A stretch of 54,948 nucleotides of DNA, the filler included, from Squatina squatina (lineage: Eukaryota): assembly GCA_031763465.1 (NCBI GenBank). It is 3 parts of 3 records of this genome, joined end to end, with 100 filler letters (N's around TTAATTAATTAA, not from the genome) between each part and the next. Parts side by side here need not be neighbours in the genome. Positions count along the whole stretch, not along the records: positions 26,238 to 41,514 come from JARFOE010566806.1; 2 more parts are not named here. The stretch is one strand, 5' to 3'. Shown here piece by piece: positions 26,238 through 35,850 of this stretch. Position 1 is the stretch's first letter, and each line of letters begins with the position of its first letter. The notes beneath the pieces are model-generated. The model was not told where the DNA came from. It did not search any database and saw nothing but the letters and a program-made list of their open reading frames with translations. A program made the translations under genes and the position numbers.

Positions 26238-27819
26238 CAGTAGTCTACATCTCAGGTGGCATGTAGAAGAAGTATTAGAATAGGGAAGAGAAAAGCTTGG
26301 GTAATCACAAGGGTGTGCACAGTGACAGAACCAAATTACATTTATGTAAATAGTTGTAATAAATCACAGGAATATTTGATGTAAGGACTGCGTTGGATTT
26401 GATTCTCTTGCCTGACAATAGGGAGCTAGTAACATGGTGATGTTAAGATGATGGTAAGGATGTGATGGTTAGCTGTGAGGATCAAGAATTTTACTTAGAC
26501 CTTAGAGGGATTGGTGAGAGGAAACAAATCTTTGATGGACGGGGATTTTCAAATAATAGTGCTCTATTCATCCATGAAGGTGCCTTGAAAGACACTGTCA
26601 CTCAGCCGTGTAGCAGTAGTTGTATTGCACCTGCTTCCTGTTCTTCATGGGCTGGGTCATCAGCATCAGCAGTGTCATCAGGTACTCACAATTTGCAAGA
26701 TGTTGCAGTGTGCTTACTGCAAGAAATCTCCAGACCAATCCAGACACTGGAACCTTCTTTTGTGCATCCCCATGGTTTCTCAGTTCTTAATCTTGTCTTC
26801 TTGTGTCCATCACTGTCGTGCTTCTGTCCAGCATTGGTGGCCCTTTGAAAAGGCATCATGAATCATGGGAGTAGCGGGTGCAAAGGAAGTGTAAGAGAAA
26901 AAATGAGAAAGCTATCAGAACGAACCTCACCTTTTGTGCCCACAGCTGGGCCAAAGCTGTGACGAGGTCTGGAAATGAGTGGTTCCAGCAGAATCTGAAC
27001 TAATCATTGGCAAATGCATTTTTAGTGAGTAGGAGTCACTTGATGGAATTATTGAACATCGCAAGAGAAAGTGGAAGAAAGTCAGCAAGAAGCAAGGTGA
27101 TGGTTCAGGACTTTAACAAATCCTTAGAAGTAGGACGGAGCACAGCAATGGAGAGCAGTTGATGTCTGTGGAGGAGTAGGCGTTCCTGGAGTGTGGCTGC
27201 AGATCCTGGACAAACCAGAGGCTCTCTGAGAAATTTTCCCTCATGGGAACATGCCTCAGAGTGGCACATGGGGAATGCCCGCTGCTGGGGGTGCCTGAAT
27301 CCTGCTCACCATGCCCCATGAGCCGACCTGCCTGTCTCCCTCTCCTGCACTACCCAAAGTTGCCTAGAATGCAGGATCCATCCCTGAGCCTGCAGAATGC
27401 AGGAACCTCCTGGAGTGAGGTGTCGCTGCTGCAGGGGAAGTGCAAAGCTTCTGTGAGACACCTGTGAGTGAAGGCTGAGAGTGGAGTGTTCGCTGCAGAG
27501 AGGGTGCTACAGTCAGGAAGCTGTCCCACAGGAAGTGCCCTCTTCCCACAGCATGGGATACCTTGTACCCAAGGGCATCACTTTTTCTTTTGCTCTTGCC
27601 GGCAAGTTTTCACTCCAGACCATTGGCTTTTCCCACTGCTCTCCCATGGTGCTTAGTTCTCTATAATGATGGCCTCACCCACTCCTCTAGAAGCATCCTT
27701 TCGATCAGGTTGCTGAGGGTTATTCACTCCACCTACTGAACTGTCACTCTAGTAGGAGCCTACAACTACTTGAAATGTGGCTTCAGAGATGATGGAGTTT
27801 TTCTTGCTAGTGGTAAGAG

Positions 27820-27960
27820 AGCAAAAGCTCTACCAAGTGCAGCTTGGAAGGTTCAGACTCCAAGTTAGGAAAGAGAAATGCCTCTCAAAAGGTGGCCTTG
27901 TGGTGCTAGCGGTCACCAGAGGGAGACTGGATCAGCCCTTGGCTTTGTGTTTCAAGGAAC
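27820..27960 (+). mobile_element. Old avian CR1 3' fragment
   Basis: AAGTGCAGCTTGGAAGGTTCAGACT..TAGGAAA...ACCAGAGGG...GATCAGCCC...GTGTTTCAAG is a degenerate bird CR1 ORF2 end. Confidence 0.45.
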
Positions 27961-29424
27961 AGACAGCAATGGGTGCAGAGATGTGACTGAAGGTACAGAA
28001 ATGCCATGTGAGAGCTAGGTGGGAAAGCAAGAGGGGTATCAACAGCCTGAAGGGAAAGAGGTGCAGGCATGGGCAAGTGTAGGACAGCCTGCAGCAGAGA
28101 TGACTGAGGATTCTGGGAAGGCTGAAAGGCCCAAAAGAGCAGAAGGTCTCTGTCCCCTGGGCCATGGCAGTTGCCTCTTTCATCAAGGCTTATGAGGAGA
28201 GCTTTCATTCTCAGGCTTTCAGGCTCTACTTCTCCAAGGGCTGTGGTCAGCGCTTGGCCTTTCTGCTTCATCAAACAAACCAAGGGTTTTCTCACCATCA
28301 GACATCAGCATTTTGCTTTTGTCTTTCTGCAATCACAGCCTCCATTTATTTGTTTTAATGAGTCCCTGGGGATGCTTTATCTATAACAGCACTCAGTAGG
28401 GCCCTTTAATGCTGGTGGTAGTTGGGGCTTTGTTTCTAAGGTTCATGGACTCAGCCCAAATACACCATGGTGCACATAAAAATCTTTGTGTTTTGTCAAG
28501 TCTTTCAGATTGCTCAGCACGTTGGAGGTTTCTGAGTGCAGGAAGATTACAAAGAGCATCTGATAAAAGTTATTTGAAAGGGCTTATTTTATCACTTTTC
28601 AGTTTAGAAATTTCTGTGTCTCCTGGAATGCCTGGCACAGGGATCAATAGAAAATGCCAGCACCCCTTCTGCCTTCCGCAATGCCCGATGGGCTTTCGCG
28701 GACCTTGCCAGAGCCAGGCGGGTGCCCTTGTGCTGAGCTGCCAGTGGCAGCAGCAGCAACTGCACTACCCAGGGGCTGCTCCTGCCCTGACACCTTCTCA
28801 GCCCTCTAACACCAGCAGCTCCTGCACACAGAAGGCTCCTGCTTCACCCCCAGCACCTCTGCAGGCAGAGCTCAGCTCCAAGCACATGAACAAGCCCAGT
28901 ACCTCCTCCTCACCCATGCCCTGCTCCCACAGCTGGCATGGCACCAGCACATCTCCTGACACCTTCTCCTCCCTTTGCAGCACACACCCACAATGTCTTT
29001 CAAGCCAACACTAAACCAGCATTGCAAAGTCAAAGAAAACATACCTGGATGCACAGGGCAGATGCAGCCTCGCGACGGAGGGGTCTCCTCTGCACTGGTT
29101 CCTGCAGGGCTCTCGCTCCTTAAATAGCCCCCGCTCACCATGAGGGCCCCGTCACAATGAGTGTCTCCACAGCAACCACCATGGCTTTGTGATGGCGGCA
29201 GCATCGTGCCTATTGCCACTGAGCACCCAGGGGTGCTCCGGGAGGTGCTACTGTGGGACCAGCCTCTACCCAGCCGTATCAGGGAGGTCCTTCACGGGCT
29301 GCTCTTCCTTAGTGACTTTGGTCCAGAGGCGGAGCATGCGAGGGATCACAGCTCAACCTGGGCAATGGAACGGGGTGTCATGGCCACCTACGAGAAGTGG
29401 AGGGGGACCAACACTTGCACTGCA

Positions 29425-29645
29425 GAAAATCCTGGAATCCCAGAGTGGGTTGGGGTGGAAGGGACCTTACAGCTCATCCAGCTCCAACCCCTGCCACGGG
29501 CAGCGACACCTTCCACTAGAGCAGCTTGCTCCAAGCTCCTTTGTCCAACCTAGCCTTGAATACTGCCAGGGATAGGCAGCCACATCTTCTCTGGGTGTCT
29601 GCCAGGTTCTCACTAACCTCAACTTGAGGAATATTTCCCTAATAT
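29425..29645 (-). mobile_element. Avian CR1 3' end
   Basis: GAATCCCAGAGTGGGTTGGGGTGGAAGGGACCTTACAGCTCATCCAGCTCCAACCCCTGCCACGGGCAG... Confidence 0.9.
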
Positions 29646-29813
29646 GGAATGAACTTCAATGAAATAAATGAAATTAAATTAAACCCTCTTTCCACTTGGA
29701 ACCACTGTTTATCCTTAAAAATTATTCCGGAGCTGAAAAAACATCTGACATTTCAGGCAAAAAACAGGTGCATCATTATTGGACTTGTTTTCAGTGCAGG
29801 GATTAAAAGGCAA

Positions 29814-29893
29814 TAGCATAGCACAGCATAGCATAGCACAGAACGGCACAGCATAGCACATCATAGCAAAGCACAGCACAGCATCGCATAGCT
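29814..29893. repeat. (ATAGC/ACAGC)n pentanucleotide microsatellite
   Basis: Direct reading: ATAGCATAGCACAGCATAGCATAGCACAG... Confidence 0.9.
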
Positions 29894-30240
29894 ATGGAGA
29901 TCCTACTGCCCTGGTAGCCGATTATCTGGAGGGGAGCTCACCCTCAGCCAGCAGTGTAGATCTTTGGGGCCCAGGTTATGGGGAGATGCTGGCTCAGGCG
30001 AGTCAGCTGTGTCCCATCTGCCTTGACAAACTGCCACCTCAATCCGCAAGAGGCCCGTGCCCACCGCGCCCAGAGGCTGGGATGCAAAGGAGAGAATTAC
30101 GAGGGTGTCCCAGTCACACTGGGAACCCCAAATGTGGTTTTACACAGGGTTCTCACACCCTTCAAACAGTCACGTACTGCACTCTTGGACTAAGCACTAG
30201 CACCCTCACTATCAATGACTAGTCCAAATCAAAGTCTGTG

Positions 30241-30776
30241 TGTCAGGGACAAGAGATAATAATCCGTGGTGAAACACTCAAAGACAGAAAAGTACTGTGT
30301 GTCCCCTTTGGCTCCTCCCCAGTGAGTCCAACTTTGGTTCCTTCCCAGAAAGTTCCGATTTATAACTCCCCAGAAAAGCCTTGACCCTTGGAGATCCTTC
30401 CAGATATGGCTAGCCACTTCTTCCGACGTAGGCTGATCCCTGCGTTGGAATGAGTGTGCTTTTTTGTCAGTATAAAAGTCCAAGCCGCATGTGATGCGGG
30501 GGAGGCAGAACCTCATACCACCCAGGCCAACGCTGCCTCCTTGCGGGTGCCCGCTAAGCTTGAGCCTGCCTCCTTGCACTGTCTCCCGGAGCTGGTTTCC
30601 TGATCGTCTTCACAGGGTCCTTGGGGGTGGTGAGATTCTCTCAAGCTCTTCCTCTTCAGAAATATCCTTTACTGAATCTGTTAGATTCTCTATATTTTCC
30701 TATATTAATAAGCTGGTTGAGAGTTCTCTAGTTGTCTCTCGTTTTCTCTCACCTGGAATCCTTGAACTCTAGAACA
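30241..30776 (+). repeat. 5' LTR
   Basis: TGTCAG... to ...CTAGAACA with TATAAAAG at 30471. Aligns by eye with 34702-35320 and is followed after 4 nt by the PBS. Confidence 0.85.
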
Positions 30777-30780
30777 TAAA

Positions 30781-30798
30781 TGGTGACAAGGATGGGAT
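30781..30798 (+). promoter_or_regulatory. Primer-binding site complementary to tRNA-Ser(GCU) 3' end
   Basis: TGGTGACAAGGATGGGAT versus expected TGGCGACGAGGATGGGAT: 16/18 match, both differences being CpG-type transitions. The match continues with TC. Confidence 0.85.
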
Positions 30799-30879
30799 TC
30801 TGCGTCTGCGAGAGAGAAATAGTTGTGTATAACAAGAATTAGTGCGGCCGGGTAGCGGAGTGCACCGCTGCCAGGTTAT

Positions 30880-32420
30880 GCCACATATTGCTACGAAGTG
30901 GGGATGCACTGCAATCAGACTGCGCTGCTTTCTGTACGTGGGGTTGTGTAGTGAGGGTGCACATGTATAGGATTGCACCACGTTCTGTACATGGGGCTGT
31001 GTAGCGGGGGTGCACAGTTATGGACTGCATTGTGTTCCGTACATGGGGCTGTGTAGTGGGGGTGCACAGCTACCGGATTGCGCCATGTTCTGTACATGAG
31101 GCCGTGTAGGGGGATGCACAACTACCGGCTTGCGCTATGTGTTACGTTAAAAACGGGGGGAAGATAAACCCCTTACTTTATAAAAGGGAGCCAGGAACAG
31201 CCCCAGTGCACAGCTGTCAGTCCGAGTGTATCAAGTATCGGATTTACTGACAATAACTGTCAGACCGAGCACGTTCAGTAAGAGAATTATGATCGGATAC
31301 CGAAACAGTGCAGTTTATTTTGATTGGCTACCAAAACAGAGCAGTCTATTGATGCCACAGGTACAGGTTCTTGTGGATTGCCGCTGATAAATACTGTCTG
31401 CAAAAGCACGTGCAAATAATAGTTACACGGATACAAGCACTCGATAAAGTTGGCACAGCCTGGCTTTGAAGTATAAAGGTAAGAGTAAAGGTAACTCTAT
31501 AGAGATTCTAAGTTTTCCTAGGAAAGCACAGGATGCAGTGCAAGTCTTACCCACAGGCGTCCCTATTTGGGGGGGAAGAGAGGTCCAGCCTGTTGACCGG
31601 TCCCAGGAGTCGGTTGATGTTATCTCCCTTGACTCATCCACGATGGTATCTTCCCCAATATTCCCCTTTCTCTTGGGTCATTTTATATTATTTTTACCTT
31701 CAAGGTGGAGCTTGAGTGACTCTAGTCATACATACCTTTATTACCATTGGTGCAAATTTCTCTCACCTCGATTTAAATGTATATGAGACCAAAAATCCAG
31801 AGCGCATGCTCAGAGAGGGGTGGTCTTATTTCGGGGGGGGGGTCGCATTGGAGATGGGTGTGTACTTTAGCATGAAAATGCATTATAATGACATTATATT
31901 GAAGCAAAGTTCACACTGAGGACAGTATTTTGTCAAAAAATGACAGGCCGCTGGCTCAGGGTAGCAAGTATGCAGCTTATCAGTTTGTTGCCCCAGCTAG
32001 TCCCCGTCTTTTTGCTCAAGTTAGGACAAAGCGAAACCGTGAGATCTCCACCTCACTCCACCCTCCGTCTGTTATGGGAATCACTGTGAAGCGCACGTTC
32101 CTGACATACCAGGTATGGCTGCATCTCGCCCCGAGAGGCCCTGAAAGTCCGTTTCTCTCTTATGTGTGGACAATGCTGCATTTTGAATATAGATTTAATC
32201 CCCAATTATCCCACATTTCCTAATTATTCCACACTACGTTCTGTACATGGGGCAGTTTAGTGAGGGTGCACAGCTACTGGACTGCACTGTGTTCTGTACG
32301 TGGGACCTCGTATTGGGGGTGCACAGGGATTGGATTGCACCATGTTCTGTACATGTGGCCGGAGGCACCGCTACCAGATTGCACCACATTCTGTAGGTGG
32401 GGCTGTGTAGCGGGTAACGA
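30880..32420 (+). repeat. Approx 53-bp tandem array in the proviral leader, split by a nested LTR
   Basis: Unit TCTGTACATGGGGCTGTGTAGYGGGGGTGCACAGCTACCGGATTGCRCCAYGT starts at 30931, 30984, 31036, 31089 and then approx 32240, 32293, 32346, 32390. Confidence 0.9.
31140..32233 (-). mobile_element. Nested solo LTR (1094 bp), antisense, 5-bp TSD
   Basis: TG...CA termini with flanks CTATG (31135-31139) and CTACG (32234-32238). Minus-strand TATAAAA at 31681-31687 and AATAAA at 31314-31319. The host repeat unit resumes exactly after it. Confidence 0.85.
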
Positions 32421-32748
32421 TTGTCTGTTTGGATTTTGTGTTTCAAGTATTGTAGTTGTGTGGAGTGTGCTTGTGGGATCCCTTGTGTGTGTGCGTGTTG
32501 AGGGAAGGGTTTGGTCAGTGAAGTGTGTAGCTGCTGTTCTGTGTATTAGCAGATTAACATTCCGGCAAGAAAGGGTTAAAGCAGAAGTGCGGTTGCCGGC
32601 AGGTATTTATGGCTGCTGCTGAGCAGGCAGGCATTTATAGCTGCTGCCGAGCAGGCCGGCGTTTATAGCCGCACAGAGCAGGGTATTGGGACAGTTTCTA
32701 GAGACACCACAGACAAAGCCTAAAGAGCATCCGCAACAGGATGGGCAC

Positions 32749-33350
32749 ATGGGAGGAGCCCTGCTCAGTGTGTTTCAAGTAACCTGGAGGGGAATCCAAG
32801 ACTTGGAGGAACAGAGCAGTTGAAACAAGAGCTGCTAACTGAAGAAGCGAGAGGGGTAGTGCAACCACAAGCTTTATCAGCCGCCACCCAAGCAGCATCA
32901 AGGTGGCAGAGAAAAAAACGACCAAGCGAGAAAAACCCAAACAAAAAACCCTAGAGAAATTAGCAACATCATACGCCGTGCGGGCTGCTCCTTGGAGGAC
33001 GCCCAAAGCCCAGTGCGGATACGGGACCATGGGAACAGGCAGCAGGAACGCAACCAGATTGTGAGCCAGAGACACGGAATGGAGATATTTGGGAGACCAG
33101 TGAGTCAGAATCAAATACCAGAGATGGGGCAGAAGTGAAAAAGGAAGGAGCCAGAGCAGCTCCTATGTTTAAATGGAAGATGATTACCACGGCAAACAAG
33201 AACAGAAGAATTGACAGACTGTAGTCCCGAGGAGATCAGTAACTTCTTGGATAAATACAAGCAAAGGCCATGGGAGCAACGGCAGAACTGGCCAGTTTGC
33301 CTCCTAGATGAAGGAGCAGATACTGTATTGCTGGACAGCGTGGATGGGAA
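32749..33350 (+). pseudogene. gag: gag remnant, ERV-L/ERV-S (Fv1-related) type
   Basis: DCSPEEISNFLDKYKQRPWEQRQNWPVCLLDEGADTVLLD (33214 onward) fits the class III gag pattern 'T..EL..F...YRQ.PGE....W..R.WD.GA..I.L'. Multiple stops and frameshifts upstream. Confidence 0.7.
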
Positions 33351-34320
33351 GAAAACGAAAAAACCAACCAACCAACCAAGCACACAAACAAACAAAACTC
33401 AAACAAACAAACAAAAAACCAGCCCCGTACTAGTATTAGAACAAGGAAACCACATTGAATAAGGCATTGGAAAGCTAAGCTAGTTAAGGGATTTCCCAGG
33501 ACTGGGCTTGGACAAAGCAGCTCAGGACCAGGGGAGAGTAGGAAAGGGGGAGATGTCTGAACTGCAAGCCATCCTGTTCCCACTATGCAGATAATCAAAA
33601 ATAGAAGAAGAAGAAGAAGAATTGCTGATAGTGCACCTGGGTCTGGAGCAGGCCAGGGAGTGTTTGTGTGCAGGGGTACAAGGTCGCTCTGGGAAACAGC
33701 CTGGGAAGTGATTGTTTATTCAGCTCCTCTTACAGTCTAATGACATGCTTATTCGAGATCTGCTGCCTACCCCTATTGGAATGAATATCTGAAATGACTA
33801 CTGAAGCAAGCTCAAGAAAATGGATGAAAAGACTGATTACTGCCCATCATGATGCGGAAAAGACACCAAATTCTGGAAAGAGTAAAGAAAGAGAGAACAT
33901 CAGTGGTAGGACACTCTCTTCAAATGATGACGTGCAGCTCCAGGAATTCTGAAGAGAGTGTTCCATCCTGCTGTTGTTTTATTGATATTAGCCCTTTCAC
34001 TTTTTGTGTATTGCTTCAAGCTTGTTTTGCAGCCAGTGTGTGCTATCAACAGCACATAAGGGATTTGATTCAGTGATACTGTCAGCGTGGGTCCCTGAAT
34101 AGGTTCATCGAATCACCCTCTGATACAGTGGGCTGTCCAGTAGGGTTCCCACAATGGGACACAGACAGGCTGGTCAGACAAAAGGGTCTCGTGCTTCTTG
34201 GGACACTGACAGGCTGATCAGATAGAAAGGGTTCAAGGAAACCGCCCTTATGATGTGACACCATGGTGTGAGCCTTAGGGGTTAGTAAGTATTGCTTTTG
34301 CTTCTGCATGTACAGCAGTG

Positions 34321-34690
34321 AACATGAAGTGCCGGACAGAGATGGATTTTTTGCTTTTAGTACATAAGCGTGGGTGTGAAGACTTTGTCAGGTTATGGTG
34401 CCTGAATTTAAGTGACCACTCCAGTTGAGTACATGCATCAATAGAAAAGCTGAAGACCCTCACTAGACAGCTAGCAGCAAACAACAGGTGGAACCCCTTT
34501 CAAGGATGGATGTGGGGAGTGAGACTAGCTGCAAAAAGCTGTTGTATTAGTGGTAATAGGTATTGGGGTTGTATGTATTTTATGTGGTGTTCCTTGTCTT
34601 TTAGCACTAATCAGTTCCCTTATAGACAGTACACTATATAAAACTGTAGTACAGACGGTAAAAGATTCGTGTGTTTCGACCACGGAACAC
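34321..34690 (+). pseudogene. env: env TM remnant of ASLV-like sequence type
   Basis: Frame from 34321 reads [47 protein letters not shown]...WNPFQGWMWG. After a frameshift it reads LQKAVVLVVIGIGVVCILCGVPCLLALISSLID (membrane anchor plus PCL). Parallels ASLV TM 'NRAAIDFLLLAHGHGCED..GMCCFNLSDHS'. Confidence 0.85.
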
Positions 34691-34701
34691 AGGGTGGCAT
34701 G

Positions 34702-35320
34702 TGTCAGTGACACAAGATAATGGCCTGTGGTGAAACACACAAAGATAGAAAAGTACAGTTTTTTTGTGGTGGCCCCTCCTGGGAAAGTCCTGCTATAGCT
34801 CCTGCCGGGAAAGTCCTGCTTTAGCTCCTACCTGGAAGGTCCTGCTTTAGCTCCTCCCTGGAAAGTCCTGCTTTAGCTCCTACCTGGAAGGTCCCGCTTT
34901 GACTGATCCCCTGAAAAGTCCCAACCCTCCAAGACCTTTCTACATATTGCTGGCCACTTCTTCCGATGTACGCTGGCCCCCTACATCAGAGTGAGTGTGC
35001 GTTGTTTGCTACTATAAAAGCCCAAGCCTCATGCGATGTAGGGAGGCAGAACCTCATACCACCTGGGTAGGTCAACGTCACCTATGTGGGGACGCCTGCT
35101 AGGGGTTGAGACCACCACCTCACATTGTGATGATGTCCCTCGGAGCTGGTTTCCTGATTGTCATCACATGATCTTTGTGGATGGTAAAATAACCAAACAT
35201 CACAAATATCCTTTCCTGCATCTACTGTTATCTCTATATTTTCCCTGCATTACTGAATTAGTTGTGATTTCACTATTCTGCTTCATTTCTCTCAACCCAG
35301 AATCCTTCTACTCTGGAAAA
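34702..35320 (+). repeat. 3' LTR with 26-bp tandem array in U3
   Basis: Preceded by purine-rich CAGGGTGG. Starts TGTCAGTGACACAAGATAAT..GTGGTGAAACAC, TATAAAAG near 35013, ends ...ACTCTGGAAAA. Array spans 34775-34922. Confidence 0.8.
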
Positions 35321-35476
35321 AAGAGTAACTTGAATTTAGTCATGTTTCCTGACACAGGTGAAGAAAACACAATTTACTTTTCCAGTCTTACCCTTACTAA
35401 CATATATGGCACTTGAAGGAATCTACGGTTCATTTGCCCATCGTTTAAGAATTGCATCCAGTGCTAAAGGTATTGA

Positions 35477-35850
35477 ACAAAATCCCAGAATCCCAGAATC
35501 CCAGACTGGTTTGGGTTGGAAGGGACCTTAAAGCCCGTCCAGTTCCAACCCCCTGCCTCGGTCAGGAACACCTTCCACTCGAGCAGCTTGCTCCAAGCCC
35601 CTGTGTGCAACGTGGCCTTGAACACTGCCAGGGGTGGGGCAGCCGCAGCTCCTCTGGGCACCCTGTGCCAGTGCCTCAGCACCCTCACAGGGAAGATCTT
35701 CTGCTTAAGAGCTCATCTCAGTCTCCCCTCTTTCAGGTTAAAGCCATTCCCCCTGGCCTGTCCCTACAGGCCCTTGTCCAAAGCCCCTCTCCAGGTTTCT
35801 TGTAGCCGCTTTAGGCACTGTGAGCTGCCCTGAGGTCTCCACCTTGAGAC
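35477..35850 (-). mobile_element. Avian CR1 3' end (relatively young, possibly parrot-type)
   Basis: AATCCCAGAATCCCAGAATCCCAGACTGGTTTGGGTTGGAAGGGACCTTAAAG...CCAAGCCCCTGTGTGCAACGTGGCCTTGAACACTGCCAGGG. The minus ORF reads RVLRHWHRVPRGAAAAPPLAVFKATL. Confidence 0.9.

Larger units (their letters stand above)
30241..35320 (+). mobile_element. Decayed, pol-less endogenous retrovirus (class III ERV-S/ERV-L-like backbone, ASLV-type env TM)
   Basis: Order on + strand: LTR, PBS(Ser), tandem-repeat leader, gag remnant, env remnant, purine-rich tract, related LTR. Confidence 0.8.

Noticed and set aside
30229-30772. ORFs 30229-30579 (-) and 30491-30772 (+) as viral proteins
   Set aside because: They lie within the 5' LTR and are not convincingly preserved in the 3' LTR copy.
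30880-32420. Regularly spaced repeats as a CRISPR-like array (also 860-1002 and 34775-34922)
   Set aside because: Units are contiguous diverged tandem copies with no unique spacers, there are no cas genes, and the DNA is vertebrate.
33460-34310. pol remnant within the provirus
   Set aside because: No protease DTG, RT LPQG/YxDD or integrase motifs found in the frames I read. Only a hydrophobic stretch (VVLLILALSLFVYC, approx 33973-34015) that may be the env signal peptide.
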